The position numbers and the translations under genes were made by a program. From assembly GCF_018350175.1 (NCBI RefSeq), contig NC_058368.1, forward strand, positions 152,522,001-152,586,000: DNA of 64,000 bases, read 5' to 3'. Below the pieces are notes generated by a model. That model was not told the DNA's origin. It ran no database searches and worked only from the letters and a program-made list of their open reading frames with translations. The stretch is from Felis catus (lineage: Eukaryota). Positions 35,610 through 49,163 of the stretch are shown here, piece by piece (the stretch's first letter is position 1; the number at the start of each line of letters is the position of its first letter).

Positions 35610-38504
35610 GAAATAAAATGTCCACTTTAATATTTATCACACAAATTTTTACTTACACTTATCTGAAAATTATAAGAAGACAATGTGTACATGTCACAAT
35701 CATATTACTATTCATATAAGAACAACTACACAAAATCATTTACTCAACTATATCAGGATAACACAAGATTTTTGTTTGTTTTAGACTTCTTAGTTAAAAG
35801 GAAACACCAAATAAGGAAAATGAGTTTCCAAAGATTATTAGCAATACAAATAAAAATTATTTCTAAATGTCTTATATTTGACAACTCTGAATTATACTTA
35901 CATACTATTATTTCCAAAAATCATAAGTTACAATACGGGTCACTGTCAGGGTGAAAATATATTTTTTAAAGCTTCTTTTAAAATATGCTATTATTAGGCT
36001 TAACATCACTTGATTTACTCTTGGCACATGTGGCATCTGGGAAAGTAAAAATACACTTTGCCAATTTTATGTTATTGTGCAGATATAAGAGAAAGAGCAC
36101 AGTTTGGGAGGAAGACAGACCTGTGTTCACTTACCAGCTTTGTCCAAAGTTTTGTTGTGTTTGGCTGGTCAATTACTTCTTGGCACTGGGGCCAGGATTA
36201 AACTGAATAATGCATATTTTAAAATGCATGGCATGAGCACTAAATGGATGACAGATCCTTTCCCCAATTTATTCACACTGAAGCAAAAGCAAAATATCAC
36301 AGTCTTATGTGTTTGTATAATTTGAAAAACAAAAAAAAAGTTGGAGATTTAAAAACAAAACTAACATGTTTTGAAAAATTGTACTTTTAAGAAATAAAGA
36401 AAGCCTTCATCAGGTTCAAATATTTCTCAGTAAAACTTAGTGCCTACTATACCCTGATTTTTTTTTTAAGTCCTAAGGTATGATAAAATGGTCAATGGTT
36501 AAGGACTTTTGGTTTTCTTTTGTGCTACTGATATAAAAATAATGGCTATATTTAAGGCTCATTAAGTGATTGTAGTTGCCCTGAACCAAATCTATACTCT
36601 TCATGCTGCATATCAACTGAAACCTACAGCCTTATATGAGTAGATTCCTTCGATGGCATGTGGCAGGACAGCTTGTCTGTCACTGAAGATGACTCATATA
36701 CACCATCACAAACCCACCTGTCTCATGCTAAATACTTGGTATTTGGAGGATCTAAGATTCCTGAAAATTAAATTTAAATTGTCACAAGGAATAGCCTACT
36801 TAGGATAGCAATGCTTCCATCCCCGTTCTTGGATCTTTTTGTCCCCTACCCTGACCACCTAACAAATCATCTTTCCAAATACAACTGAAAAACCCCTCTT
36901 CCAGGAATCTCTTCCTAACCAAACTCCACACCCCTCCATGTATGTCCCTGATACTCATGTGTAATTTGTATTAGCTTCAACCTACGTATATTATTATTCA
37001 TGTTTTGTTTGCCTTCTAGCTAAGATTTCATCTCTTTGACTTTTTAAGCTTCCACAGTGTTTAGCACAATACTGTGCATGTATGTATGTGACTGTGTGTA
37101 TGAATGTGGGATATGTGTGTGGGTGTTGAATTAAAAAAAGACTAAAAAAACCTGTGTGGGTTAAGGGTGGAAAAATTTTATAATTTTTCAGATATCAAAG
37201 TTGCTAAACTTTCTTAATACTAAACAATCTGATTTCCAAAGCTATCTCAGTTTGGTTTTGGACATGTCAATAATAAAAAGGCAGTGAGAAAATTGCTTAA
37301 AAAACCTTTATGAAATATTCCAAAAGGCTTTTTAATAAATTATAAAGAGCACCAAACCAAAACATTTCACTAAAATAGTGGGCTAACCTTTCCTATAACT
37401 TTATAAATGTAGAGTTCTTTTCATTCAAGACAAAGAATACTGAACAGGAATAGGTGTTGTGAATCAGGATAAAAAAGGCAATTCACTCTAAGTCAATATC
37501 TAATGCACATTTTGCAGTTAATCTGAAAAGCCTTCCATGGTACATATGCATGTTATGATAAGTAAAAGAATGATTCATATCAGAATGTCGTAGATCTCTA
37601 TAGTTGTTGTGATATTATAAAATATGACACATATACTGAAGCTGCTATTTAACAAGAAAAATTTTGTTTATAATAGCTGTTAATATTAAAATAGGATATA
37701 ATAAAAAATTATTTTCAATGTGTATATTTTCAAATTTCCCTGACAGTGTCCTTTTGAGAAATCTGACAATTTGTAATTATATTACAGACATTTGAATTTC
37801 ATTTTTATGATTGAAAATATTACACGCACATAATAACAAACAACACTGTGTGGTAGCTTTTGACTGAAGCACTCTGCAATTTATATTTAAAGCTTTGCAA
37901 CAAAACAAAGTTCATTGTACTCTTTGTAAGTAAAATTACACAGCATATAATACGCTATAATTACATTAAGAATAAATAAATGAAGCATAAAAATTCTGTG
38001 CTATACCAATGGATTGTTTTAGCTGTCATTCTAAATATTAATTTATATGTTTGTATTGAGTTCTAATGTATTTTAAACTCAAGAACCTTTATCTTTAAAT
38101 AATATACTAAAATATCAAGTTTGGAGTATAAACATAAAACTTTATGCCTCTTTTTCTAGGTCATCTAGGAAATAAAATAAGAGAAATGGGAAGTAAGGAT
38201 GATAGTTCTTTCTGTTACTATGCCTCCTTACTTCCCCATATATTTCTATGTTGTTTCTGGATATTACAAGATGACAAATATTACAAGATGACAGCTTGGC
38301 AAATTATAAGCTTATTTAAATGATTTCTTATTTGAAAGAAAGAAAAATTTTTAATGAAGAGATTCCTTTTTGGGCTGACTCATTCTCAACCTTTTTTTTT
38401 TCTCTAATAAAGCATTTCTTGAAATGCTCACTATTACTCATTTTAAACAGCACAAAATGAATTGAATTTACAGAATTAATCAAAATAGGTTATCAGTGTA
38501 GATA
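35610..38504 (-). other. MBLAC2: Probable long (~2.9 kb) AT-rich 3' UTR of MBLAC2
   Basis: SINE-free AT-rich sequence follows the stop codon until L1/SINE debris resumes below ~35.5 kb. Candidate ATTAAA signal on the minus strand at 35631-35626. The end point is inferred. Confidence 0.55.
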
Positions 38505-38890
38505 CTAGGGTGAGGTCCTAGAATTTGTTACACGTAAGGCTAAACTTGCAAGAGATCGCATGGCAAAAGTAGAAACTTTGTGACATATGCCAGCTTTTGA
38601 AATATAGTTAGAAGCCAATCGAAAAAGCCTTTCAGCACCAAAGGTATTGAAATGCCCAGGAAGCACCTTCTCTACCAGACCTCTGTCCACTAATTCTATC
38701 AGACGTTCACAGGTTCCAACATAGTCACTTATCCTGCTGTATGGAAGCCAGTCAATCAGTGATCCATCATACACGACGTCTCCACTGAAGAGAATCTTTC
38801 GGTCTTTGTCATGTAAGCAAATACTGCCCCTGGAGTGACCAGGCATGTGCATAACAGTGAGCTGTCTGTCACCAAGGTTGATCACATCCC
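38505..38890 (-). CDS. MBLAC2: MBLAC2 exon 2 coding part (C-terminal half)
   Basis: Acceptor TTTGTAG|GG (AG = 38892-38891). Joined to exon 1 it gives ..[39 protein letters not shown]. 454+386 = 840 nt = 279 aa + TAG. H170, D189, H231 and C254 are present. Confidence 0.97.
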
Positions 38891-40634
38891 CTACAAATGG
38901 AAACAGAATTTACAGATAAACATGTTGCATACTTGACTTCAATCACTTAAAGAATAAAAGAAAAGAACATTAAATGTTTTCAAAAAGGTCGGGAAGGATA
39001 ACACTTATTTTACTTTTATTTCAAATATACAGTATTTCTTAATGGTGATTTAAAAATAATTTGCATATATTTAATTTCTATTGTTTGCTTAACCAGTGTT
39101 TGTCAAAGTGAATTATGTGGAACACTATTTTTTCAGGTTGTTATGATACATAAAAGAAAAGATTCTGTAGTCAAATAATTTGGAAACCCTTCCTTCAAAG
39201 AAAGTTAAGTAGCTTTTTTTCTGCAAGGCTTCTGAGAACTTTTTAATATACTAATGTACATTGTAGATATACACAAGGGAGATAGGGTTATACCATTTCT
39301 CAAACTTATTTGACCACAACACTTATTTTTTAGTACATCCTTGGTACCAGTATCCTGATGACACGATTCATGAATGCTACTCTATATTTTGCCCCTTCTT
39401 TTGTCACCCTGTGAAAATTAAGCCTTGAAGAATCAGTACAAATGATCATGCTCTGGCTATTGTTGTTGCTATGAGTAATAAATTATCTTTAGTCTCCTGC
39501 CAGAATCTATTAAACCCTGGCAGGCTAATTTGCAAATCAGGTAAAATCTCACACTCTTCCCAGTTATTTGATAGTGAGAGGAAATTGAGGTATAAATGCA
39601 AAATTACGGTTTCACTGGTTTTAAATCAGTACTAACTTAAGTAAATCATCATAATTTAAAAGTTCCATATTGTTACGTTTAGTGCAAACACATATACACA
39701 GAAAAAATCAAAGACATAGAGTGAAAAAGTTAATGGGGAATAAAAGCAGTGTAATAATTGGAATTTATGAAACCTAAAAGACAATGAAAGAGGAAAAGAC
39801 AGCTAAATAAGAAATGAGACATAGAAAACAAATAACAGAATGGCAGACCTAAATTCAACTATATCAATAATTACATTGAATATGAATGGGATAAGGCAGG
39901 CATTGTCAAACTAGATTTAAAAAGCAGGATACATATGCAGTCTACAAGAGAGGAACTGTAAGATCAAAGACAAACAGAGGTTGAAAAAGTTATGCAATAT
40001 AAATATTAGTAAGAGAACTAGAGTGGCTATATTAGACAAAATAAGACAAATATTAGACAAATATTAGACAAAATATTAGACAAAATAAGGACTATTAGTA
40101 GAGAAAAGAGGTACATTTTATTAGGATATACATTAAGTCAACATACTAAAAAATTATACATGTACCTAAAACAGACACTAAAGATTCATGAAAAAAATTT
40201 CAGTAAAAACTGACAGAATTAAGAATAAACAATTAACTGATTATGCTTAGAGATTATAATATTCCTCTCTGAGTAATCTGTAATACAAGTAGATAGAAAA
40301 TCGGTAAGAATACAGAAGACCTGAACAACACTATCAAACAACTTAACCTAAGTGACATTTATACAACACTTTATCTTAAAACAGTAAAATACACTTTCGT
40401 TTTAATTGCACATGGAATATTCACCAGGCTACACAGCCATAAAGCAAGTCTCAGTAAATATGAAAGGAATAAAGTCATAAAAATATGTTCTTTGACTATA
40501 ACATAATTAAATTAGAAATTAATAACAAAAATAAATATGGGAAATATCCAAATATACACAAAGTAAGCATCACACTTCTACCTAACTTAGGGATCAAAGA
40601 TGAAATCACAGGAGATTAGAAAATCTCTTGAACT

Positions 40635-43506
40635 AATTATCAGAGAATACTATGAAAAATTATATGCCAACAAACTGGACAACCTGGAAGAAATGGACAA
40701 ATTCCTAGACACCCACGCACTACCAAAACTCAAGCAGGAAAGAATAGAAAATTTGAACAGACCCATAACTAGTGAAGAAATTGAATCAGTTATCAAAAAT
40801 CTCCCAACAAAGAAGAGTCTTGGGCCAGATGGCTTCCCTGGGGAATTGTACCAGACATTTAAAGCAGAATTAATACCTATCCTTCTCAAGCTGTTCCAAA
40901 AAATAGAAATGGAAGGAAAATTTCCAGACTCATTCTATGAAGCCAGCACTACCTTGATTCCCAAACCAGACAGAGACCCCACAAAAAAGAATTACAGGTC
41001 AATATCCCTGATGAACATGGATGCAAAAATCCTCAACAAGATACTAGCAAATCAAATTCAACAGCATATAAAAAAGAACTATTCACCATGATCAAGTGGG
41101 ATTCATTCCTGGGCTGCAGGGCTGGTTCAATATTCGCAAATCAATCAATGTGATACATCACATTAATAAAAGAAAGGATATGAACCATATGATCCTGTCA
41201 ACAGATGCAAAAAAATCATTTGACAAAACACAGTATCCTTTCTTAATAAAAACTGTCAAGAAAGTTGTGATAGAAGGAATACACTTAAACATCGTAAAAG
41301 CCATACATGAAAAGCCCACAGCTAATATCATCCTTAACAGGGAAAAACTGAGAGCTTTCCCCCTGAGATCAGGAACACGACAGGGATGTCCACTCTCACC
41401 ACTGTTGTTTAAATAGTGTTGGAAGTGCTAGCATCAGCAATCCAACAACAAAAGGAAATCAAAGGCATCAAAATTGGCAAAGAAGAAACCAAACTTTCAT
41501 TTTTCACAGACGACATGATACATGGAAAACCAGAAAGACTCCACCAAAAGATTGCTAGAACTGATACGTGAATTCAGCAAAGTCTCAGGGTACAAAATCA
41601 ATGCACGGAAATCTGTTGCATTTTTATACACCAATAATGAAGCAACAGAAAGAGAAATAAAGAAACTGATCCCATTTACAATTGCAGCAAGAACCATAAA
41701 ATACCTAGGAATAAACCTAACCAAAGAGGTAAAAAAGATCTGTATGCTGAAAATTATAGAAAACTTATGAAGGAAATTGAAGAAGATACAAAGAAACTGA
41801 AAGACATTCCATGCTCATGGATTGGAAGAATAAATATTGTTAAAATGTCAATACCACCCAAAGCAATCTACACATTCAATGCAATCTCAATCAAAATTGC
41901 ACTGGCATTCTTCTCAAAGCTAGAAAAAACAACACTAAAATTTGTATGGAACCACAAAAGACCCTGAATAGCCAAAGTAATATTGAAGAAGAAAACCAAA
42001 GTGGGACACCTCACAATCCCAGACGTTAGCCTCTACTACAAAGCTGTAATCATCAACAGTATGGTATTGGCACAAGAACAGACACAGAGACCAATGGAAT
42101 AGAATAGACACTCCAGAATTGGACCCACAAATGTATGTCCAATTAATCTTTGACAAAGTAGGAAAGAGTATCCAATGGAAAAAAGACAGTCTCTTTAGCA
42201 AATGGTGCTGGGAGAACTGGAGAGCAACATGCAGAAGAATAAAACTAGACCACTTTCTTGCCCATATACAAAAATAAACTCAAAATAGATGAAAGACCTA
42301 AATGTGAGGCAGGAAACCATCAAAACCCTCGAGGAGAAAGCATGCAAAAACTTCTTTGACCTCAGCCACAGCAATTTCTTGCTCAACACATCTCCAAAGG
42401 CAAGGGAATTAAAACCAAAAATGAACTATTGGGACCTCATCAAGATAAAAAGCTTCTGTACTGCAAAGGAAACAATCAACAAAACTAAAAAGCAACCGAT
42501 GGAATGGGAAAAGATATTTGCAAGTGACATACCGAATCAAGGGTAGTATCCCAAATCTATAACTTACCAAACTCCACACCAGAAAAACAAAGAATCCAGT
42601 GACAAAATGGGCAGAAGACATGAATAGACACTTATCCAAAGAAGACATCCAGATGGCCAACAGGCACATGAAATTATGCTCAACATTATTCATGATCAGG
42701 GAAATACAAATGAAAACCACACTGAGATACCACCTCCCATTTGTCAGAGTGGCTAAAATGAACAACTCAGGAAACTACAGATGCTGGCGAGGATGTGGAG
42801 AAACAGGAACCTTCTTGCACTGTTGGTGGGAATGCAAACTGGTACAGCTGCTCTGAAAAACAGTGTGGAGGTTCCTCAAAAAGCTAAAAATAGAATTACC
42901 CTACGACCCAGCAATAGCACTACTAGGAATTTATCCAAGGGATACAGGGGTGCTGATTCATAGGGGCACATGTACCCTAATGTTTATAGCAGCACTTTCA
43001 ACAATAGCCAAATTATAGAAAGAGCCTAAATGTCCATCAACTGATGAATGGATAAAGAAGATGTGGTTTATATGTATAATGGAATACTACTTGGCAATGA
43101 GGAAGAATGAAATCTGGCCCTTTGTAGCAACGTGGCTGGAACTGGAGAGTATAATGCTAAGTGAAATAAGTCAGGCAGAGAAGGACAGATATCACATGTT
43201 TTCACTCATATGTGGATCTTGAGAAACTTAACAGAAGACCATGGGGAAAGGAAAGGGGAAAAAAATAGTTATAAACAGAGAGGAAGGGAGGCAACCCATA
43301 AGAGACTCTTAAATACAGAGAACAAACTGAGGGTGGATGGGATGGTGGGGGAGAGGGGAAAATGGGTGATGGGCATTAAGGAGGGCACTTGTTGGGATGA
43401 GCACTGGGTGTTGTATGTAAGCAATGAAGCACAGGAATCTAAGCCAAAAACCAACAGCACACTTTACACTCTGTATATTAGCTAATTTGACAATAAATTA
43501 TATTAA
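40635..43506 (+). mobile_element. Carnivore/felid L1, 5'-truncated (ORF2 RT and C-terminal region plus 3' UTR), disrupted
   Basis: ORF2 fragments ([64 protein letters not shown]). TSD AAAAT(C/A)TCTTGAACT at 40620-40634 / 43507-43521. Antisense in the MBLAC2 intron. Confidence 0.95.
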
Positions 43507-44219
43507 AAAATATCTTGAACTGAATGAAAATAAAAACAAAACATATCACACCTAATCGGCTGCTGGTAACACAATACTTAGAAAAAAATTATTGCTTTAA
43601 ATGCTTATTTGTAAAGGATTAACTGTTTAAAATCAAAGTTTCTATCTTAAGAAGTTAGGAAAAGAAGCAAATCAAATACAAAATGTTAAGGAATAAATAA
43701 AGGCCAGAGCAGAAATAAATGAAATAAGAAACAAATATCAATAGAAAAAAATAAAAGAAACTAATAGGTGGCTCATTGAAAAGAGCAACAAAAATGATAA
43801 ACTCCACTGGCTAAACAAAAAAATTAGAGAAAACATAAATTACAAAAATCAGGAATGAAAGAAGGAGTATCACTATAGACCCTAAGGAAATGAAAAAGAG
43901 GATAAGGGAGTATTATGAACAACAAATTTGACAACTTAGTTGAAATAAACAAATTCTTAGAAAGAGACAAATTACCAAAAGTGATTGAAGAAGAAAAAGA
44001 AAATCTAAGTAGACCTATATCAAGCAAAGAAATTGATTAATAATTTAAATCTCCCCACAAAGAAAAGTCCAGGCTCAAAGATGGTTTCTGTCAGTCACTC
44101 AAGACAGGGAAAGTATCTATATAGACTTTCAGAATATAGAAGAAGAGGAAAAGCTTCCTAATTCAATTTTACCCTAATAAAAGCCCAACAAAGGCAATGT
44201 AAAAAAAAATAAAACTACA

Positions 44220-44394
44220 GGGGTGCCTGAATGGCTCAGTAAGTTAAGCGTTGGACTCTTGGTTTCGGCTCAGGCCATGATCTCAGTTTTGTGAATTAAG
44301 AGATTCTCTCTCTCCCTCCCCTCTCTGCCCCTCCTCCACTCACTCTGTCTCTCTCTCTCTCAAAATAAATAAATAAACTAAAAAAAAAAAAAAA
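44220..44394 (+). mobile_element. CanSINE with internal deletion
   Basis: Head and tail present, middle missing; TSD AAACTACA. Confidence 0.85.
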
Positions 44395-45304
44395 GGAAAC
44401 TACAAACCAATATTCCTAACGAAAGTAGTCTCAAAATCCTTATCAATCCTTATCAATATTGGCAAACTAAATACAACAATTTATAAATAGGATAATGACC
44501 AAATGGGGTTTATCCCAGAAATATAAATTTGGTTTGACTTCTGAAAATCAGGTAACATACTATATTATATTAGTAAAATAAAGGGGAAAAGTCATATGAA
44601 CATCTCAATAGGTGAAGAAAAAGCATATGACAAAATCCAAACCTTACTGGTGGTAAAAACTTTCAGCAAACTAGGAGTAGAGGGAAGGTCGTCAACTTGA
44701 TTAAGGGCATCTATGAAAAACCTACAGCTAACTTACCACTGAGTAGAAACACTTAAGTGCGTTCCTCCTAAGATGGAAGGAAGGCAAGGAAGTTTACTCT
44801 TAACCATTTCTATTTAGCATCACACTAAAGATTTTAGTCAAGGGAGTAAGCCAAGAAAAAGAGAGTACAGTCACAGAGAATGGAAAAGAAGTAAATCTGT
44901 CTTTATTCACAGATAACAAGATCTTATTTCTAGAAAAACCTAAGAAATGTGGGGAAAAGCTAGAGAATTAAAAAAGCAAGTTTAGCAATGTCAAGGGTAC
45001 AAGATCAGAATACAAAAATAAATTGTATTTCTATATATTAGCAATGAATATCATAAAGTGAATTTAAAAAGCCATTTTGTTCACAATAGTATCAAAAAGA
45101 ATGAAATACTTAGGAAAAATGTATATCTTTATACTGAAAGGTATAAAAACACCATCATGAGAAATTAAAGATCTAAACAAAAGGAGAGATATGCCATGTC
45201 TTTTAATGAGAAGCCTCAAAATTGTTAAGATGGCATTTAAATTTGATTTTCCCATAGCTGCAATGTCTAATACAACTTTCTGAGATTAATGAAGTATTAT
45301 GTAT

Positions 45305-45468
45305 CAACACTGTCCAATATGGTAGCCACTAGCTACATATGGTTATTTGAAATAAGGCTAATATACTAGGGAACTAGAATTTTAATTTTAATCAATCCTA
45401 ATTAATTTATATTTGTATTTAGATAGTCACATGTGGCTAGGGGCTACGGTAATGGCTGGTGTACATCT
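45305..45468. mobile_element. MER3/MER33-like hAT-Charlie MITE
   Basis: CTGTCCAATATGGTAGCCACTAGCTACATATGG ... AGTCACATGTGGCTAG inverted-repeat structure. Confidence 0.65.
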
Positions 45469-45916
45469 GCAGATTTAATACAATCTCAATCAAAATCTTG
45501 AATTTTTTTGTAGAAATTGAAAATGTCACTCATATAAAAGTTATATGAAAATGCAAATGGTCTAGAATAGCCAAAACAATTTTGAAAAAGAGGTACAAAG
45601 TTGGAGGATTTACACTACTTAATTTCAAGAATTATAATAAAGTTATAATCATCAAGATAGTGTGGTGCTGGCTAAAGGAGAGACATAATCAATGGAAGAG
45701 AATAGAGTCCAAAAGGAGATTTGACAAATGGTGTCAACCAAGATAATTCAGTGGGCAAAAAGATAGTCTTCTCAACGAAATGGACTGGGACACTTTGGAT
45801 ATCTATATCCAAATAAGCAAAAAAGAACCTTTCAACCATCACTGCACAATATGAACAAAAACTAACTCAAAATAGATCATAAACCTAAATGTGAAAGTTT
45901 CTAGAAAACAAATAGA

Positions 45917-46130
45917 AGGGGTGCCTGGTTGGCTTAGTCAGTTAAGTGTCTGACTCTTGGTTTCTGCTCAGGTCATGATCTCATGGTTCCTGAGTTCAAG
46001 CCCCACATTGGGCTCTGTGCTGCCATTGCAGAGCCTGCTTGGGATTCTCTCTCTCCCTCTCTCTCTCTGCCCTTCTCTCTCTCTCAAAATAAATACACTT
46101 AAAAAAATTTTTTTAATAAATAAAAAGGAA
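45917..46130 (+). mobile_element. CanSINE
   Basis: Full body with A-rich tail. Confidence 0.88.
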
Positions 46131-47037
46131 AAAAGATTTTAATAGATCCTTTAACAAAGAAGACACTTGACTAGCAAATAAGTACCTGAAAATATGCTCA
46201 CCATCATTAGTTATTAGGGAGATGCTAAACCACAATGAAATACCACTACACACTCACTAGAATGGCTACAATCCAAAGGACTGACAAAAGCAAGTGTAGA
46301 CAAAGAGCTGAAGAAACTGGAAGTCTTATCCATTGCATTTGGGAATATAAAATCGTATAACTACTTTGGAAAACAGGCACTTTCTTAAAAATTAACATCC
46401 ACTACCGTAAGATCCAGGAATTCCATTCCTAGGTATCTACCAAGGGAAAGGAAAACATGCATCCACACAAGACTTACCTGCAAATGTTCATGACAGCATT
46501 ATTAATTACGGCCTCAAACTAGAAAGATTCAAATTTCCTTCAACAGGTGAGGATATAAAATATGTTATAACCATAAGTGGATTATTTCTCAGCAGTAGAA
46601 AGGAATGAATAGGAGATACAACATGGATGAATCTCCAAAACACTATTCCAAATGAAAAAGACAGACACAAAGACCATATATCATTGCATTTGTAGAAACT
46701 TTAAGAAAAAATATATATAGCAATACAAAACAGATCAGTGAGGCCAAGAGTGGGAGCAGGGATTGTGTGAATCCCAGTAAGAATGTTAAGATGGAATCAG
46801 ACACTCCCAGCTTTCTCTGCATTCCAGTCTTAAGGGGCCAGACTCCTTTACAATATAATTGTTCCAGAATTAAAGTGCCTCTGAGAATCACAAACTATTG
46901 TCATTTACTGTATGACTGGCAGGTAAGGTAAAGAAATTATAGCCAGGTTGGTTTAATAATAGAGCTGTTGGAGACCCATTTTTTAATAAGTGTATAGAAA
47001 GGAAAGGAGGAAGGAAGGAAGTGAAGGAAGTTGAATC

Positions 47038-47039
<2 letters not shown>

Positions 47040-47083
<44 letters not shown>
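47040..47083. repeat. Pure A44 homopolymer
   Basis: Read directly. Confidence 0.97.
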
Positions 47084-47085
<2 letters not shown>

Positions 47086-49110
47086 AGAAGCTGTGGATAA
47101 TTACCAATGCAGGGATAGAGTCTTATTGATCTTTGGTTATATACAGGTGGTATTCAAAATATTTAGCAACAGATATGTTGTGAGTGCCCACCTATCAAAA
47201 TGGATACCAACTGTAAGCAGTTGATAAGGCCATAATGGGTGAGTATTAGATTCTTCCAATACCTTATAGCTTTGTAAATGCCTCCCCTATGCTTATAGTG
47301 CTCACTTGTAGAATTTCAATAAGACCTCTCCTACAAGACTCAAAATTGCCTATGACATATATCCATATATAAATAAATATCACATAGAAAAGCATATAAT
47401 ACACACACACACCCTATGCTTCCAAGCCCTCACCCTGACCCAGTTGTCATTAGATTCCAGCCATACTAGACCTTTCTTGGCTTCCCAAATACCCTTTCCC
47501 ATCTTGGTAACCCCATATTTTTATTTCATTTTTTAATCAAAGAAACATATGTACACATCTCAAAATATTTCAGAAGGGCTTAAAATGTAAGAAAGTTATT
47601 TGCCCCATTCTGACTCTAGCTCCAATCCTGCTACCAAGAATCAACACTTTTTAACAATTTTAGCTATTTCTTCCGGTAGCTGCCTCTACTACATACATTT
47701 ATCTCTAAAAATTTTTTATATTTCATTTCTTGATTTACTAATTAGATATACTATACTGATTTCATTCACATATTACCATTTCTTGGTTTTTAAATTTTAG
47801 ATTTTGTTGACTTCCACTATAAAATATAAGAATCTTTAGCTCTCTTTACCCCTCAGTCTCCACTTACCAACACCACTCTTGTATATATTTCTTGTCCAAA
47901 AGAGTTAACGATTTAACTGCTCCAATGTGGAGCTCTTTATGCCTGGCATAGTATCATTGTCAGAACGTCATTTTTGCCATCATCCTGATGTTTCCTTTCA
48001 ACTTTTTCTTGTATTTGATCTCCTGTTTCCTGTATTCCATATCTTCCTCTTGCTTTACTTCCTTATTTTGAAGGTAGTAAATAGGATAAAATTATATCTT
48101 GGTAACTTTCTAAGTAACAGCAATCTTTTTCAATAACCTGATTGTTAGTGAAATGGATGTAAAATTCTAAGTTGGAAATAAATTTTATTCAAATAAGGCA
48201 TAGCTCTTCTTTTCTAGCTCTAAAGCCATTATGATCTGTATAGATGACATTTTAATTTCTGGAAGCTTGCTTCCAGTATTCTGAAATTTTACAATAATGT
48301 GCCTTGGGTTGGATGTGTTTTCATTCATCACGCTAGGAACTCTGTGGGCTCTTTTAATCTGAAATTTTACATCTCTTAATTGCGGGATATTTTCTTGAAT
48401 TATCACTATTATGCTTTCTTTTCTTCCATTTTCTCTACTCTATCTGTGCTTCTATTATTCCAGTGCTGAATTTTCCAAATGGGTCCTCTACTGGTTCTCT
48501 TCTCGTTTTCATTTTACCTTTCTTGTCCTTTTTTTTAAAGTTTTTCAACTTTATCTTCAGTTCTTCTACTAAGAAACTTCTACCATTTTAAATTTCAAGA
48601 ACTCATGTATGTGTGTGTGTGTGTGTGTGTGTGTGCATGTGCATACTGTTCTGTTGCTTATTTTTAAAGCATCCTAATGTCTCTTGAATACCTTGAATGC
48701 AATAGCTTCTGTTATCCCCTGATGCTATTAATGATTGTCTTCCCCTCTCAAGTTGCTTTATGCTATTTGTTTTAGTATTTGATCTCGTGTTAGACCATTT
48801 TCTAGGATTTTTCATAATGCTTGGTTGCCTATTTGAGAATGGGGGGGGGGGTGAAAAGGCTGCTTGAAGCACATGCATTGGGCTTAATGATCAAGGCTGT
48901 GCTGTAGACAGACGAAGCCAAAGATTGCTTAGGGATCAGCATCTTAGTTTTTCCTCTAGGGCTGGTCACATTTCCCAGGTAAGATTCTTCCAGTTTGCTA
49001 CTTGGCGGGGTAAAGACCTGGCTCTCATCCTTCTTGAAACTAACAAGGAACATACATACACATACACACATACATTCTCTCTCTCTTCCTTATACACCTG
49101 TACGCACGAG

Positions 49111-49160
<50 letters not shown>
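49111..49160. repeat. CA(CG)4(CA)20 alternating purine-pyrimidine tract
   Basis: Read directly. Confidence 0.97.

Positions 49161-49163
<3 letters not shown>

Larger units (their letters stand above)
39590..46770 (+). mobile_element. Old eutherian L1M element (ORF2 and 3' end), interrupted by the younger L1, two SINEs and a hAT MITE
   Basis: Degenerate ORF2-like sequence from the endonuclease region (~39850) continues across the 40635-43506 insertion to an L1M-type 3' UTR near 46.7 kb. Boundaries approximate. Confidence 0.8.

Noticed and set aside
40030..40090. Short tandem repeats (TATTAGACAAA x4; similar small duplications near 2163, 16962 and 38261) as a CRISPR-like or functional array
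   Set aside because: No unique spacers, eukaryotic context; consistent with slippage duplications.
40600..42963. L1 ORF2 fragments as an active element or host gene
   Set aside because: 5'-truncated, no ORF1 or promoter, multiple stops and frameshifts.
4209..46142. Recurrent short ORFs such as SAQVMIS..LTAQSLEPASDSVS and GRGRERGRHRIGNRLQALS
   Set aside because: These are translations of CanSINE consensus sequence.
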